Below, one piece after another: positions 39,631 through 49,585 of a stretch of DNA of 64,000 nt (within the stretch, counting starts at the first letter, position 1; each line of letters begins with the position of its first letter). The stretch lies in IMG/VR virus record IMGVR_UViG_3300046336_000034, positions 1 to 64,000 of that record; one strand, given 5' to 3'. The position numbers were made by a program, and so were the translations under genes. Source of the DNA: a virus. The notes below the pieces were generated by a model. The model was not told the origin of the DNA and ran no database searches. It saw only the letters and a list, made by a program, of their open reading frames with translations.

Positions 39631-40520
39631 TTATTTTCTCTGTTTGTTTTATTACGTTTTGGAAATAATGCTCTTTGCTCTGGTGTTAATTCTTTCAGAC
39701 GAAACCATCCTTCAGGTATCTCATGTAAGCACCTATGCTCAAGTGTTAAAGGGTTGTAAAGGTTTATACGACCCTTTATCTTTTCACTCCGTTGTTTGGA
39801 ATAAGCTTCAGCACCTCCTGCCTTCTCTACGCCCTTAGCTTGACGAAGTTTCCCTTGATTGGAAAGTGCAGCCGTACCTTTAGAAAGTTCACGAACTTTA
39901 CACGCTTCTCGATGAGACTCAGATTGGTGCGTGATTTTCGCTTTTACCCTTGCCTCGTCTGAGTGGAGACTTCTACCTAACCACTCTGTTGTTGAGTGGT
40001 CAATGCTCTTGTGTGCATCAAGCATAGGTCTTGTGCATTTTTCTTTACGTACAGGACAAAGCATTAACTCTTTTTGTAAATCTGAATTTTTCTTTTGAGA
40101 CACCTCATCTGTGTAGTACCACCTCTTAGCTGCCATTACCTTATCTCGATATTCGTCAGTCGTCCAAAGGTCTATCATTGCACTATTAAAGTTTTTCTTT
40201 AGGTGCTCATACTGTCTTGAGTGTTTGCTCACACCGCAACGTTGAGCCATACATGTAACCGCGAAATGCATTTTTCTCTTCAAGGCGGGGACACTGGTAA
40301 GTTTAGACAGTAATCTATGTGCAACATAGTGTTCCCTTGCTGTGAGAATCACAAGATTTTCTTTATCAGTTTCTCCACCCATTCCAAACGATACTGGTAA
40401 TATATGGTGCTTCTCTGTGTAACCTGTTAAATCACGACTTTTTGCAGATAGAATAAGATTAGTATACCATTTACAATATTTATTATCATTTGCAACAGTT
40501 TTCAGTAAATCAAGATACAT
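39627..40520 (-). CDS. HNH homing endonuclease (MobE/I-TevIII-like N-terminal nuclease)
   Basis: EKHHILP..GG....NLV.LTAREHYVAHRLL; IPEGW C-terminal motif. Confidence 0.85.
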   Translation of the reverse strand: MYLDLLKTVANDNKYCKWYTNLILSAKSRDLTGYTEKHHILPVSFGMGGETDKENLVILTAREHYVAHRLLSKLTSVPALKRKMHFAVTCMAQRCGVSKHSRQYEHLKKNFNSAMIDLWTTDEYRDKVMAAKRWYYTDEVSQKKNSDLQKELMLCPVRKEKCTRPMLDAHKSIDHSTTEWLGRSLHSDEARVKAKITHQSESHREACKVRELSKGTAALSNQGKLRQAKGVEKAGGAEAYSKQRSEKIKGRINLYNPLTLEHRCLHEIPEGWFRLKELTPEQRALFPKRNKTNRENK

Positions 40521-40558
40521 TTATAAGCCCCGTAATACACACTATTTAAAAATATAAA

Positions 40559-42235
40559 CTACAAAAATGCTCTGTCTGTCTCTGCTGATGCTACTATTTT
40601 GATAGTCTTAGACGCAGTCAATCCACCGCTGGCAGAAGTGGTAACAACAACTGGTTTAGCAGAACCAGATTTACCTGCTACTAAGGTAACGGCAGTGTCT
40701 GTACCGCCTGTACGTAGACCACCTGCAGTGTCGTTTGTGTAGTCATAGTTAAACGCAATAGAAGCAGAGGAAATAGTTCCTGAGATGTTTGTCCCTGCTT
40801 TGTTTTTCACAATAACAGCGTCAGTTGTACCCCAATCATTTGTCGAGGTCAAATCAGAGTAGTACAGGACATACCATCCACCAACTAAGTTAGCAGAGAA
40901 ATCCAATGAACCAGCAGAAGCAAACGGATATTCACGTTGTACAGCGGAATTATCAAAGAACTGAATTGTATTAATGTCAGCATCTGAAAGACCTTCAACA
41001 ATAACACCAGTACCACCACCTGCAGGATTAGTAGGAGCGTAGAAACCACAAACAAGTTTAGCTGTCCAGTTCATCAGCAACGAAGCTGTTTTACCGATTA
41101 CAGAAGTACCGCCGTTTACACTGTTAATTGTAGTAGCTTGGCGCAACTTCGCTTGAACAAAAGTGTAGACTTGTTTTAGTGTTGCTGTAACAGGTGTTGC
41201 AGGTGAAAGTGTAAAACTAGTCCCTGCTGCTGTACCAAGTAAATTACTTGTTAATGTCACCACTGTACTTGTTGGTGAGCCACTAATTGTGTACACACCC
41301 TTGGCAGCACCATTGTGAATAGTTAAAGTGCCACCAGTGAAGTTTGCACCTGTAATACCGCCTGTTGTAGAGGTAAAAACTGGTGTACCTGTAGTACCTG
41401 CACCATCGATACCTGAGTGCGTACCAACATCTACAACGATACCAAAACTACGTGGTGTTCCTGCTAGGTCAACATCCTTCTGGAAAGCACCAGAGAAATA
41501 GTTGATTCGCATTTTATTGTACGGAGTAATAGGTGTTGTGATAACGTCCGTATCGGTGTTAACAATGTCTAAGTCGTCTGAGTTAGACAGCAATAAGTTA
41601 ACCAAGTAAGCGCCTGTACCAGTTTTACCTGTATCTGCCAAAACAGAGTCAGTGTATTTCTTAGCGTAGATACGGCAATAACCTTTTAAGTAAGTATTGC
41701 TTGTAAAGTTACCGTTAGCTGCATCACCATATACTTGCACACCTAAGTTAGCTGCATCTGTGTATGTGAAATCAATTGCAGAGCCTGCTGAAACTTTTTG
41801 ATAGTAAAGCTGTGCTGATGTGGACACAGACCCCAAGGACACGACACCTGCAAAGGTTGAAGCAATTGTACCTGATGCGGAAGTACCGTCAGCGCCTGCG
41901 GCTGTAGGTGTGTACTCATTCCAACCACCATCACGAAGGTACAGACGTGTACCTGTTGACAATGTTCCACCGAAGACCCAGTTGTTGTACCGAGTACCGT
42001 CGAAACCAATATTAAACTGACCAGATAATGCGTCAATCGTGTAGAACGGAAATGGGTGCTCGTTGTATGTAGCAGATTCCCATAACTGAATTAGTTTAGA
42101 GTAAAGTGCTTGCCAAGTGACACCGTCTTTTGCAACTAGGTTACCTGCTACGTTTAATGTAATGGTACGAGTCCCTACATCTACTGTGAGTTCCGTGCCT
42201 ATGTTCAGAGAACTTTTATTTATCAGCTTTGTCAT
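40559..42235 (-). CDS. putative virion fibre/filament protein
   Basis: 558 aa, Thr/Gly-rich, predicted beta. Confidence 0.6.
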   Translation of the reverse strand: MTKLINKSSLNIGTELTVDVGTRTITLNVAGNLVAKDGVTWQALYSKLIQLWESATYNEHPFPFYTIDALSGQFNIGFDGTRYNNWVFGGTLSTGTRLYLRDGGWNEYTPTAAGADGTSASGTIASTFAGVVSLGSVSTSAQLYYQKVSAGSAIDFTYTDAANLGVQVYGDAANGNFTSNTYLKGYCRIYAKKYTDSVLADTGKTGTGAYLVNLLLSNSDDLDIVNTDTDVITTPITPYNKMRINYFSGAFQKDVDLAGTPRSFGIVVDVGTHSGIDGAGTTGTPVFTSTTGGITGANFTGGTLTIHNGAAKGVYTISGSPTSTVVTLTSNLLGTAAGTSFTLSPATPVTATLKQVYTFVQAKLRQATTINSVNGGTSVIGKTASLLMNWTAKLVCGFYAPTNPAGGGTGVIVEGLSDADINTIQFFDNSAVQREYPFASAGSLDFSANLVGGWYVLYYSDLTSTNDWGTTDAVIVKNKAGTNISGTISSASIAFNYDYTNDTAGGLRTGGTDTAVTLVAGKSGSAKPVVVTTSASGGLTASKTIKIVASAETDRAFL

Positions 42236-42238
42236 GGT

Positions 42239-42436
42239 TTATTTAATTTCTATAGTGTCGATGATGTAGGAACTGGATGCAAAGCGTAGACCTTCTGGTA
42301 GCTGAATTACTTTATCGTAGTAAATCATTGTTCCATCGCTAAGTTGAACAGGGTTACTATCTGATTCAAGAACACTCCCTACGTATTTACCGTCTGTAGT
42401 GTCCGTGATACAGAGTTTTAATTTTTTAACTTTCAC
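42239..42436 (-). CDS. small hypothetical protein
   Basis: ORF track; packing. Confidence 0.55.
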   Translation of the reverse strand: MKVKKLKLCITDTTDGKYVGSVLESDSNPVQLSDGTMIYYDKVIQLPEGLRFASSSYIIDTIEIK

Positions 42437-45030
42437 ACATAATTCCTGTCTATAACTTGAGCAATTGGAAGAGTTGAATCACTGATACTAAGCAAGTAAT
42501 CGTACACTTGGTACGGGACATATCCAGCCTTGATAACCTTTATATCCACATATGTGCTAGGTGCATACGTGTAAACAAATCCGTAGTTGTCTGCGGCATT
42601 TTGGTCTACATTCGCAAGCGCTGTATTAGTGTCACTTGTTTTAACAACAATGTCTGAACCTGCTACTAATCCTGTCAGGGTGAGTGTGTTTACTGAAAAC
42701 GGATACAAACTTGTCTGTTGTGCTGTACTCGTTGTTGTCATAGGTATAGCTAATCTAGTAAGAATATTACCAGCATTAACTATCAGGGTTGTAGCACGTA
42801 TTTTAAGTTTAAAACCTGTTGTGCTATTGATGACCTGTGAGCTTAAATTAACTGCATTCAACGCTAACCATGCACCATATCCAGAGCCTGTATCAATAGC
42901 AAACTCGATTGTATGGTTTCCCCAAGTGCTACCACTTGTCCATGTGACGTTAGTACCTGTAGCTGTAGTCAACGCATTAGTAAATGCTGTGTAGCCAATA
43001 GCAAAAAATGGCATCTCCCATGTCACTTGGTCACCTGCTTTTGTCAATAAGACAGAGCCGCTTGAGTTAAATTGAGGCAAACCGCCCGTGATGAAACACT
43101 GCGCAGCGGTTGACGATGTGGGTTCATTACCCAGTAGGTCAACAAATCCAGCGGTTGTACTTATAAACCGAGTCCCCCAATGCGTACCATAAACTGATAC
43201 CTGCCCACTGGTTGCTGCTGTCAATCCACAACTTTTATATACAGTATTTAGTGAAGCAATTACAGACGTATCCGCATAGTCACCCATACAGTTCTCAATG
43301 AGTACATTGGTATCAGAGTTTACGAAGCTGTATGGCCCTGTACGAGTGTTACTCAGGTACATGCGCTTGATGGTGATACCATCGTTGTTACCTGCACCGT
43401 TTACACCGATACCTGTGACTGTTGCAGTCATCACTAAGGGAGTAACACTATCTGTACCTATGCTTTTAATCAAAGTCTCATAACAAGCATTAAGTGTAAC
43501 TATACCGTTGTATGGGCCGTTGTTTGGAAGGGGTAGCAAGAATCCACTAACTGTAGTCTTGTTGCACCCTGTTGCGAAATCTAACGCATATTGCGGATTT
43601 GTACTTGTTGTAGTCGTTGTAATTGTGTGGTCATAGTACGTAAGATTATTGATTGCACAATTTTGAGCACCAACAAAGAAACCTCTACCTCCGACAAATA
43701 TTTCGTTTGTAAACGTGCAGTTCACCGCCTGAGTCGAACTGATACTACCAGTTGTGGCATTAGCTCTCAATGTCAATGACAAATGAGTGTTACCTGAAAA
43801 GGTTACGTTTGTTGCATAGTTTATAGTGCTGACATAGCTACCAGATGCGGCTAATGAGAACCTATTGAATGCATTATTTTGAACTAATCCACCAGCAAAG
43901 CATGAACTCACAGCAAGTGCTGCTTGGGCACTTTGCGCTTGGGTGGGTGCAACAATACAGTCCGACACATCTAATGGTGAGGCTATTTCTGACAGAATCA
44001 TTGAATCAGATATAGCACAAGATTTATATTTTACATAAAAAGCTTGTAAAAAGTTAACATACCACTGAATAACACATCCACGTAAATCAAAATAACCTGC
44101 ACCAGTGGTGACGAACTCTTGTCTTGTAGCAATAGTCGCATTAGGTAATACCCGTGTACCTGAGCCTGATGCAGAGCGAGTAACATTTGTTAGGATAATA
44201 GCGGGGATACGAACTTTACAACCTGTGGGTGGTAAAAAGTAAACGCCATTAGTTCCATCATTCCCAATAACAATACCTGCTGTTGTTTGCTTAAACAGTT
44301 TTACGCTTCCATCTGTACGTGTAGTAGATAAAGCGACTTGTGAGCCTGCACTTGAGAATCGATCATAGACACCAGAACCTGCCGATGTCTCAATCCACAC
44401 ACCAGTGAACACACCTGCATTAGTTGCTGTTGTTGGGCATTGAATCACTTGACCACGCACGCCTGTGGTAGTTCCAATTTGAAACCATGCTTCAACCGTC
44501 TCTACAGCCCCAATACGGGGTACTGTAATCGTTGCCGCATCTGCCCCACGTACCTCTATCCACCCTTGTACATCAGCCCCTGTACAAGTAGCTGTAATAC
44601 CAGTCAAAAGACCTGCGGTAAAGTCCCCACCTGCTTTGTTACCAATCTTTATAAAACCTGTTGCCCCAATAGCTGCACCTGCGACAATTGGTTCTGTCTG
44701 CCATGTTGTCCAAGCGCCTAGAAAGACACCAGTAACACCTCCTTGGGAGATGGCAGCACCGTAAGCAGGGGAGTTACCTGCCCCACCTGTATAGGCAATA
44801 ACTCTTACATAGGTTGGGTCAATCCTCAGAGTACCACCTGTTCCCGTGAACGAGACTGTATCTAATGACCCACCAGCTACGCTATGGTTAGAGCAGGCGT
44901 ATGTGTCAGTACGTATTACCAGTGTTGTATCATTGCTTATAACATGTGTATCAAGGGTTGCGTTAACAGACGGGGAAGTTAGTGCGTCAAAGTTAACGAT
45001 TGCACCTGTGTTATGTGTATAAGCCGTCAT
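42433..45030 (-). CDS. large beta-helix-containing virion protein
   Basis: 865 aa; NVTFSGN / NCTFTN repeats; C-terminal TLTLTGLVAGSDI Ig-like domain. Confidence 0.65.
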   Translation of the reverse strand: MTAYTHNTGAIVNFDALTSPSVNATLDTHVISNDTTLVIRTDTYACSNHSVAGGSLDTVSFTGTGGTLRIDPTYVRVIAYTGGAGNSPAYGAAISQGGVTGVFLGAWTTWQTEPIVAGAAIGATGFIKIGNKAGGDFTAGLLTGITATCTGADVQGWIEVRGADAATITVPRIGAVETVEAWFQIGTTTGVRGQVIQCPTTATNAGVFTGVWIETSAGSGVYDRFSSAGSQVALSTTRTDGSVKLFKQTTAGIVIGNDGTNGVYFLPPTGCKVRIPAIILTNVTRSASGSGTRVLPNATIATRQEFVTTGAGYFDLRGCVIQWYVNFLQAFYVKYKSCAISDSMILSEIASPLDVSDCIVAPTQAQSAQAALAVSSCFAGGLVQNNAFNRFSLAASGSYVSTINYATNVTFSGNTHLSLTLRANATTGSISSTQAVNCTFTNEIFVGGRGFFVGAQNCAINNLTYYDHTITTTTTSTNPQYALDFATGCNKTTVSGFLLPLPNNGPYNGIVTLNACYETLIKSIGTDSVTPLVMTATVTGIGVNGAGNNDGITIKRMYLSNTRTGPYSFVNSDTNVLIENCMGDYADTSVIASLNTVYKSCGLTAATSGQVSVYGTHWGTRFISTTAGFVDLLGNEPTSSTAAQCFITGGLPQFNSSGSVLLTKAGDQVTWEMPFFAIGYTAFTNALTTATGTNVTWTSGSTWGNHTIEFAIDTGSGYGAWLALNAVNLSSQVINSTTGFKLKIRATTLIVNAGNILTRLAIPMTTTSTAQQTSLYPFSVNTLTLTGLVAGSDIVVKTSDTNTALANVDQNAADNYGFVYTYAPSTYVDIKVIKAGYVPYQVYDYLLSISDSTLPIAQVIDRNYV

Positions 45031-45031
45031 T

Positions 45032-45682
45032 TTATAATATCTCTGTCAAAACTGAGGTTAAAATCCCCGTTGTGTAATTAAGCGTCTTACGCACTGTTTG
45101 GTCTACTTGGAAATGGTCAACATACTGAAGAACACCACCTGCCCAATACAAGAGTTTATATGTACCGTCTGCGTAGTCCACTCTTTGCAAATCTTCACCT
45201 GAATAAGTCAGTTCATCTAGACCCTCAGTCTCTGTACTCACTGTTCCAGTACCTGTGGCGGTTTGAACCACGACAACGGAATGTTCAACGGCTGTGATAG
45301 GTGCAACATTGGAAACGATAGTTTTACCATCTGCAAGTTTAAGAATTAAACGCCCTTTATCGTCGAATTGAGCGCCTACAACATCGTTCCCTTGGGGTAG
45401 GTTAGCCTTGGCTATTTGAGGCTCTTGTAGAGCTTCCTGATAAGCCTGTGGGTTATTTCTGATGTCCAGGATTGCTTGAAGGTGTCTTGGAACAGCAGGT
45501 TTAACAAATTTCTTAATTGTTTTCTGCTCTGCCTGCTTTACAAGGGCTAAGCCTTTGAAGATTGCCTCATCAGTTGACCTACCGTTTGCTAGGGCTTCAT
45601 TGGCTGCGTCTGCAAAGAGTAATCTTATTTCTCTACTCTTCCCTTGTAGTGTGGGGTGTGTTGATAGGGCTGTGTATTGCAT
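45032..45682 (-). CDS. ChaB-like N-terminal domain protein
   Basis: P.L....IRLLFADAANEAL..G...AI..G..VK; start MQYTAL overlaps the HNH 3' end. Confidence 0.5.
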   Translation of the reverse strand: MQYTALSTHPTLQGKSREIRLLFADAANEALANGRSTDEAIFKGLALVKQAEQKTIKKFVKPAVPRHLQAILDIRNNPQAYQEALQEPQIAKANLPQGNDVVGAQFDDKGRLILKLADGKTIVSNVAPITAVEHSVVVVQTATGTGTVSTETEGLDELTYSGEDLQRVDYADGTYKLLYWAGGVLQYVDHFQVDQTVRKTLNYTTGILTSVLTEIL

Positions 45683-46253
45683 CTTGTTTTCCGTGTCTCT
45701 CTGAGTACCTAGCACCTGCTGCATTGAGTTCTTGTTGTTTTAGTAATTTAAAATTCATTGCTAAGTCAAAAGCTCCGTCTACACCGTATTTCGAAATTGA
45801 AAAACTCCTGCCACACTGTTTTCCAGAGGGGAGTTTCCAATTTACTTCCCATGACTCATAGACACGCCCTTTTATAATCTTTTTACGCAAGCACATCCCT
45901 GTGAAACCAGAAGTGTTTGTTGACCGCTTCTTCTGGTTTCTTGAGTTAACCGCATGAGACACTTCTCTCAGATTGAGAAAACGATTGTCAGAGCGATTAC
46001 CATTCTTGTGGTCAATTTCCTCCGTAGGGAAAACACCAAACGCGTATAACCAAGCTAAACGGTGAGCTTTATACGGAATGTTATCTATCTTAATTACTGT
46101 GTAACCATGTTGGATAGTGCCAGCGGGTTGTCCCACTTTGACACTGTTTGCGTGAGGATAAGGTTTCTTAATCCAGACAAACACCCCAGTCTCTTTGCTA
46201 TAATCTAGCACCTCTTTTAACCGTTCTCTGGTTAATTCTCTATTAAATTTCAT
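45633..46253 (-). CDS. HNH homing endonuclease with AP2-like C-terminus
   Basis: HRLAWLY, DHKNGNRSDNRFLNLR, NTSGFTG, YSERHG. Confidence 0.9.
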   Translation of the reverse strand: MKFNRELTRERLKEVLDYSKETGVFVWIKKPYPHANSVKVGQPAGTIQHGYTVIKIDNIPYKAHRLAWLYAFGVFPTEEIDHKNGNRSDNRFLNLREVSHAVNSRNQKKRSTNTSGFTGMCLRKKIIKGRVYESWEVNWKLPSGKQCGRSFSISKYGVDGAFDLAMNFKLLKQQELNAAGARYSERHGKQDAIHSPINTPHTTREE

Positions 46254-46287
46254 TCTGATTCCTTCGTAAAAGGCGTAATAATAAAAG

Positions 46288-46337
46288 CAAAAGGAAGTAG
46301 TTTACGAAGCTACTTGTCGGCTGCCGCCTATCCTTTG
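46288..46337 (-). ncRNA. HEG-leader three-way-junction RNA, copy D
   Basis: AAAGGA-UA-GGC..GCC-GACA-AGUAG[CUUCGUAAA]CUACU-UCCUUU; promoter TTGAAA-17-TATAAT at 46355-46383. Confidence 0.78.
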
Positions 46338-46386
46338 TTATAACTTAATAATATATTATATCACAAATACTCTAGTATTTCAAATA

Positions 46387-47856
46387 CTATGCCGCATTAT
46401 CTGTATTTACACTGGAAGTATCTGTTCCAGATAATGTATTAGCTGTTCCCTCTCCTGCTGTTTTCATTCCATCTCCTGAACGGGAAGTCTTTTCTGGGAG
46501 AATTACATCTAAATCTGTACCTTCTGGTAGGGAGTCTAAACCTAATTTACCTAGGATGTCATTAATAACGTCAAGACTTCTAGGTAAGAATCCAACAGCA
46601 CCTACTCGTTGTACAAATTTGGAATATGATTCCATGTCTGTATCTTCAAAGCCCTCATAATCAAAGGTACACTGGCGAGATATATCCCATCCGTTTAATT
46701 CATACAGATGCTTAATAAGGTCGTTATTAAACACCTGCACAATACTTTTCAAGTACGCTTCTACTTGAGTGCCTGTCAGTGAGTTCTTAATTGATGCTAA
46801 AGCAAAACTACCTGTCGATGTGTTACCTAAAAGTAAGAGGTCAGCAGCTAGTCCAATGAATATCATCTCTCGGTAGTAAGATTTTATTTTCGTTGTATCA
46901 AAGGACTTCTGACCTACCGTGGACATAAGTTCCAAGTCAAACAGCTTCTGCTTAGTATCTGGGTCTACATCACTAGGAAGCATCACACCTGCTTGAGAGT
47001 TCTGCTGAAGATTCCTGAGGATGTTCTGGAAGTTCAAGAGTGCTGCTTTTTGTTCAGGGGATGCCTCAGAGGACATGTACTGAGCAGGTAAGGTTAATAA
47101 AGGTACACCCTGTAAATCCTTAGCTACTCCAGATGCCTCAAGTTCTTCAATCGCTTGTAAATACTTCCAAGGAAGGTATACGTTCCTCAAAGGAGAAGTA
47201 CCGTAAGGGTTGGTTTTATTCTGTCCTACAGTGAACAGTAAGAACTTCTCACGAGGGAGAACAACAACACCTGTTGGGTGCTTTGTATAACGTCCAAAAG
47301 GGTCGTTAACGTATGCTAGGTTTTGCTTCATACCTATTACATCGTTACCCTCGTCATCAAACACAAAATTAGTGATACTTTGTTGATGACGTAACGCTAA
47401 CTTTTTAATCCCAACCAAACCATCGTTGTACATAGAACCTTCTTCTTTGGTTCTACGGCGAAGGACCTTCTCTAGTGGTGCAAAACCATAATCTAAGGAA
47501 GTTAAACTGGAAGCAATGACATCCTCTAGCGGGATTTCCATATCACCGAGCATTTGCTCGATAATTAGTGCTTGCTTCTTCTCTTTAGCTGTGGGGTTTT
47601 TACAAGGGAGAACTCTAAAAGTTGCTTTAGTCAACATGGACTTATAAAGACCTATTGCTGCATTACATGCTGGATGTAGAAGCATTTGTTTGTAGGTCTT
47701 TAAGTTCGTTGGAAAGTTCAGTTCAGATTTGATTTCCTCAGCAGGAATACCACCAAACATTCTCATACCTGATACACCCATTTCACCTAGAGTAAAGGCT
47801 TCTGGTTTATCTAATCCACTGTACGATTTTTCTACTTTTGATTTTCTTGTTGTCAT
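46387..47856 (-). CDS. portal protein
   Basis: 489 aa after terminase; YGFAPLEKV, NPYGTSPLR, GSFALA motifs. Confidence 0.9.
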   Translation of the reverse strand: MTTRKSKVEKSYSGLDKPEAFTLGEMGVSGMRMFGGIPAEEIKSELNFPTNLKTYKQMLLHPACNAAIGLYKSMLTKATFRVLPCKNPTAKEKKQALIIEQMLGDMEIPLEDVIASSLTSLDYGFAPLEKVLRRRTKEEGSMYNDGLVGIKKLALRHQQSITNFVFDDEGNDVIGMKQNLAYVNDPFGRYTKHPTGVVVLPREKFLLFTVGQNKTNPYGTSPLRNVYLPWKYLQAIEELEASGVAKDLQGVPLLTLPAQYMSSEASPEQKAALLNFQNILRNLQQNSQAGVMLPSDVDPDTKQKLFDLELMSTVGQKSFDTTKIKSYYREMIFIGLAADLLLLGNTSTGSFALASIKNSLTGTQVEAYLKSIVQVFNNDLIKHLYELNGWDISRQCTFDYEGFEDTDMESYSKFVQRVGAVGFLPRSLDVINDILGKLGLDSLPEGTDLDVILPEKTSRSGDGMKTAGEGTANTLSGTDTSSVNTDNAA

Positions 47857-47885
47857 ATATTGGATTAGCTCCTTGGAGATTTACT

Positions 47886-49585
47886 TTAAGTGAACTCGCC
47901 TTGTTGAAGGGGTGCTGCACCTGTGGGGAGTTGGGTTGTTTGGAAGCCGAAAGAGGTTGCTTGGGTTAGGTCTGGGAGGGAGAAGGATGGTAAAGGTGCT
48001 TGCTTATTTAGTAAAACAAAACAATCTGAACTTGCATCTGCTTGGTCGTCCTTATAATTATTAGTACCGTCGAAGGTTTCGAGTTCCCTGTGGTAATCCG
48101 CATTCCACTCACCTTTGACAATGCTAACAAAACCACCTTCTGCTACAGCAGCAAACGGAGCAAACCGCTGTACCTTAGCTCTTGTAGGCTTAACTAATCT
48201 ACAAATAAAACCAGCTTCTAATAGACGCTTTTGTAATCCCTTGACATAAGCTCCACCACCTGCGGGGTCAAGAGGTAATCCGACAACTACGTCTGTGCCA
48301 TCTGCTCTTGCTGTATTGAGAATAAGTTCTTCAACAACATGTGCTCGGTCACGAATCCTAACGACATCTTCAACTGTATAAAGTGACTTAACATCTTTAG
48401 ACATCAAAACACCTGCTGTATAATCAGGATTTTTCGAGGAGCTTTCATTTGGTTTTGTGAAACTCAAATCCCAAGCCCTGACACGTTTAAGCACCTTTGC
48501 GGGAGGGTATAGAACTTCTATTACCCAGTGTTGTTTCCAGTAACCTGATGCACTCTCACGAGCGTACCAAGAACCGTAAAGTAGGCGTTCTTTTTCTACT
48601 AGGGGGAGGGCTTTTAGTTTAGAAATATAGCTTGGGTCAGCCTTCATCAACACAGGATTTGAGTAGATATTCCCCGGAATAAATTTGAAACTAAGTATCC
48701 CCGACTCACCACCTGTGCCATAGATTTTCTCAAGTTCTTCTCTTGAATCTGCCCATTCCATACCGCCACCAGATACCTGCACAAAATACCTGTTAGGATA
48801 CTCATCCCGTATTATTGGAATACCTCGTTCGTCAAGTGCGTACTCAACCCACTCACGCATAAAGGAATCGTAATCGGGATTACCTGTCGCAAAGATTTGT
48901 TTCTTAAAATCTACGGAGGTTGACCTGAGCCTAGAGAAAAGATAAACCACATTCTCCCTAGAGAGCTGTTGAATTTCATCGAAGCCGAGAAAATTAAGTT
49001 CTGCCCCCTGCCAGTTATATTTATCTGATGGGTTATCTAAGTAAGCAAACTTCAATGTTGCACCTGAACTGAAGATAATTTCTAAGTCTCGATTTCTTAC
49101 TTTTAAAGCTGGGTCAACCTTCTTATATAATTGAATTGCAGCATCAAATAAGCCACCACTGTTACTAAGTTGCTTTGTTGTTTTACGAAATATCACACCA
49201 CGAGTACGAGGATGGTGACAGAACTTCAGGAATGAGCCAAGCAAGCAAAATGATTTACCTGCTCCCGCTGCCATATTTGTTATGTGATTCGTTAATTCAC
49301 TCCCATATTTCTACGGGTATCGGACTATATCTTTAATCTTTCGATTACCTACTGTTTCGACTGCACTTGCAGCCTACAAGCTTTCGCTTTAGTCTCTACA
49401 CACGCCCAGAGATTACTCTCTTGCTTGGCTCGGTATTGCCCTCGGCTTTACGTTAGGGTTTCACCGAATTAAATAGGTTTTGCTCGGAGGCGCAATTCAC
49501 CACCGTAGTAAGTTATATCAGCATCACTCAAAAGGTACTGCTCTTGAGCTTTGGACGCTGGTGCAAACACTAATTCTTCATTCAT
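47886..49585 (-). CDS. terL: terminase large subunit, spliced: exon 1 49585-49499, exon 2 49271-47886 (490 aa)
   Basis: Splicing restores Walker A YYGG|AAGAGKS; Walker B LGFDE, ATGNP, RAWDL and DDQAD nuclease motifs. Confidence 0.93.
49272..49498 (-). mobile_element. group I intron (IA2-like), 227 nt, no ORF
   Basis: 5' splice after U paired to G in P1; terminal G; P4 UCGGUG/UACCGA, P7 GACUA/UAGUC, AAGAUAUAGUCC, P7.1/P7.2, P8, P9. Confidence 0.92.

Noticed and set aside
47886-49274. ORF-track terminase starting at ATG 49274
   Set aside because: That ATG is the last three intron bases and would truncate Walker A; the real start is 49585
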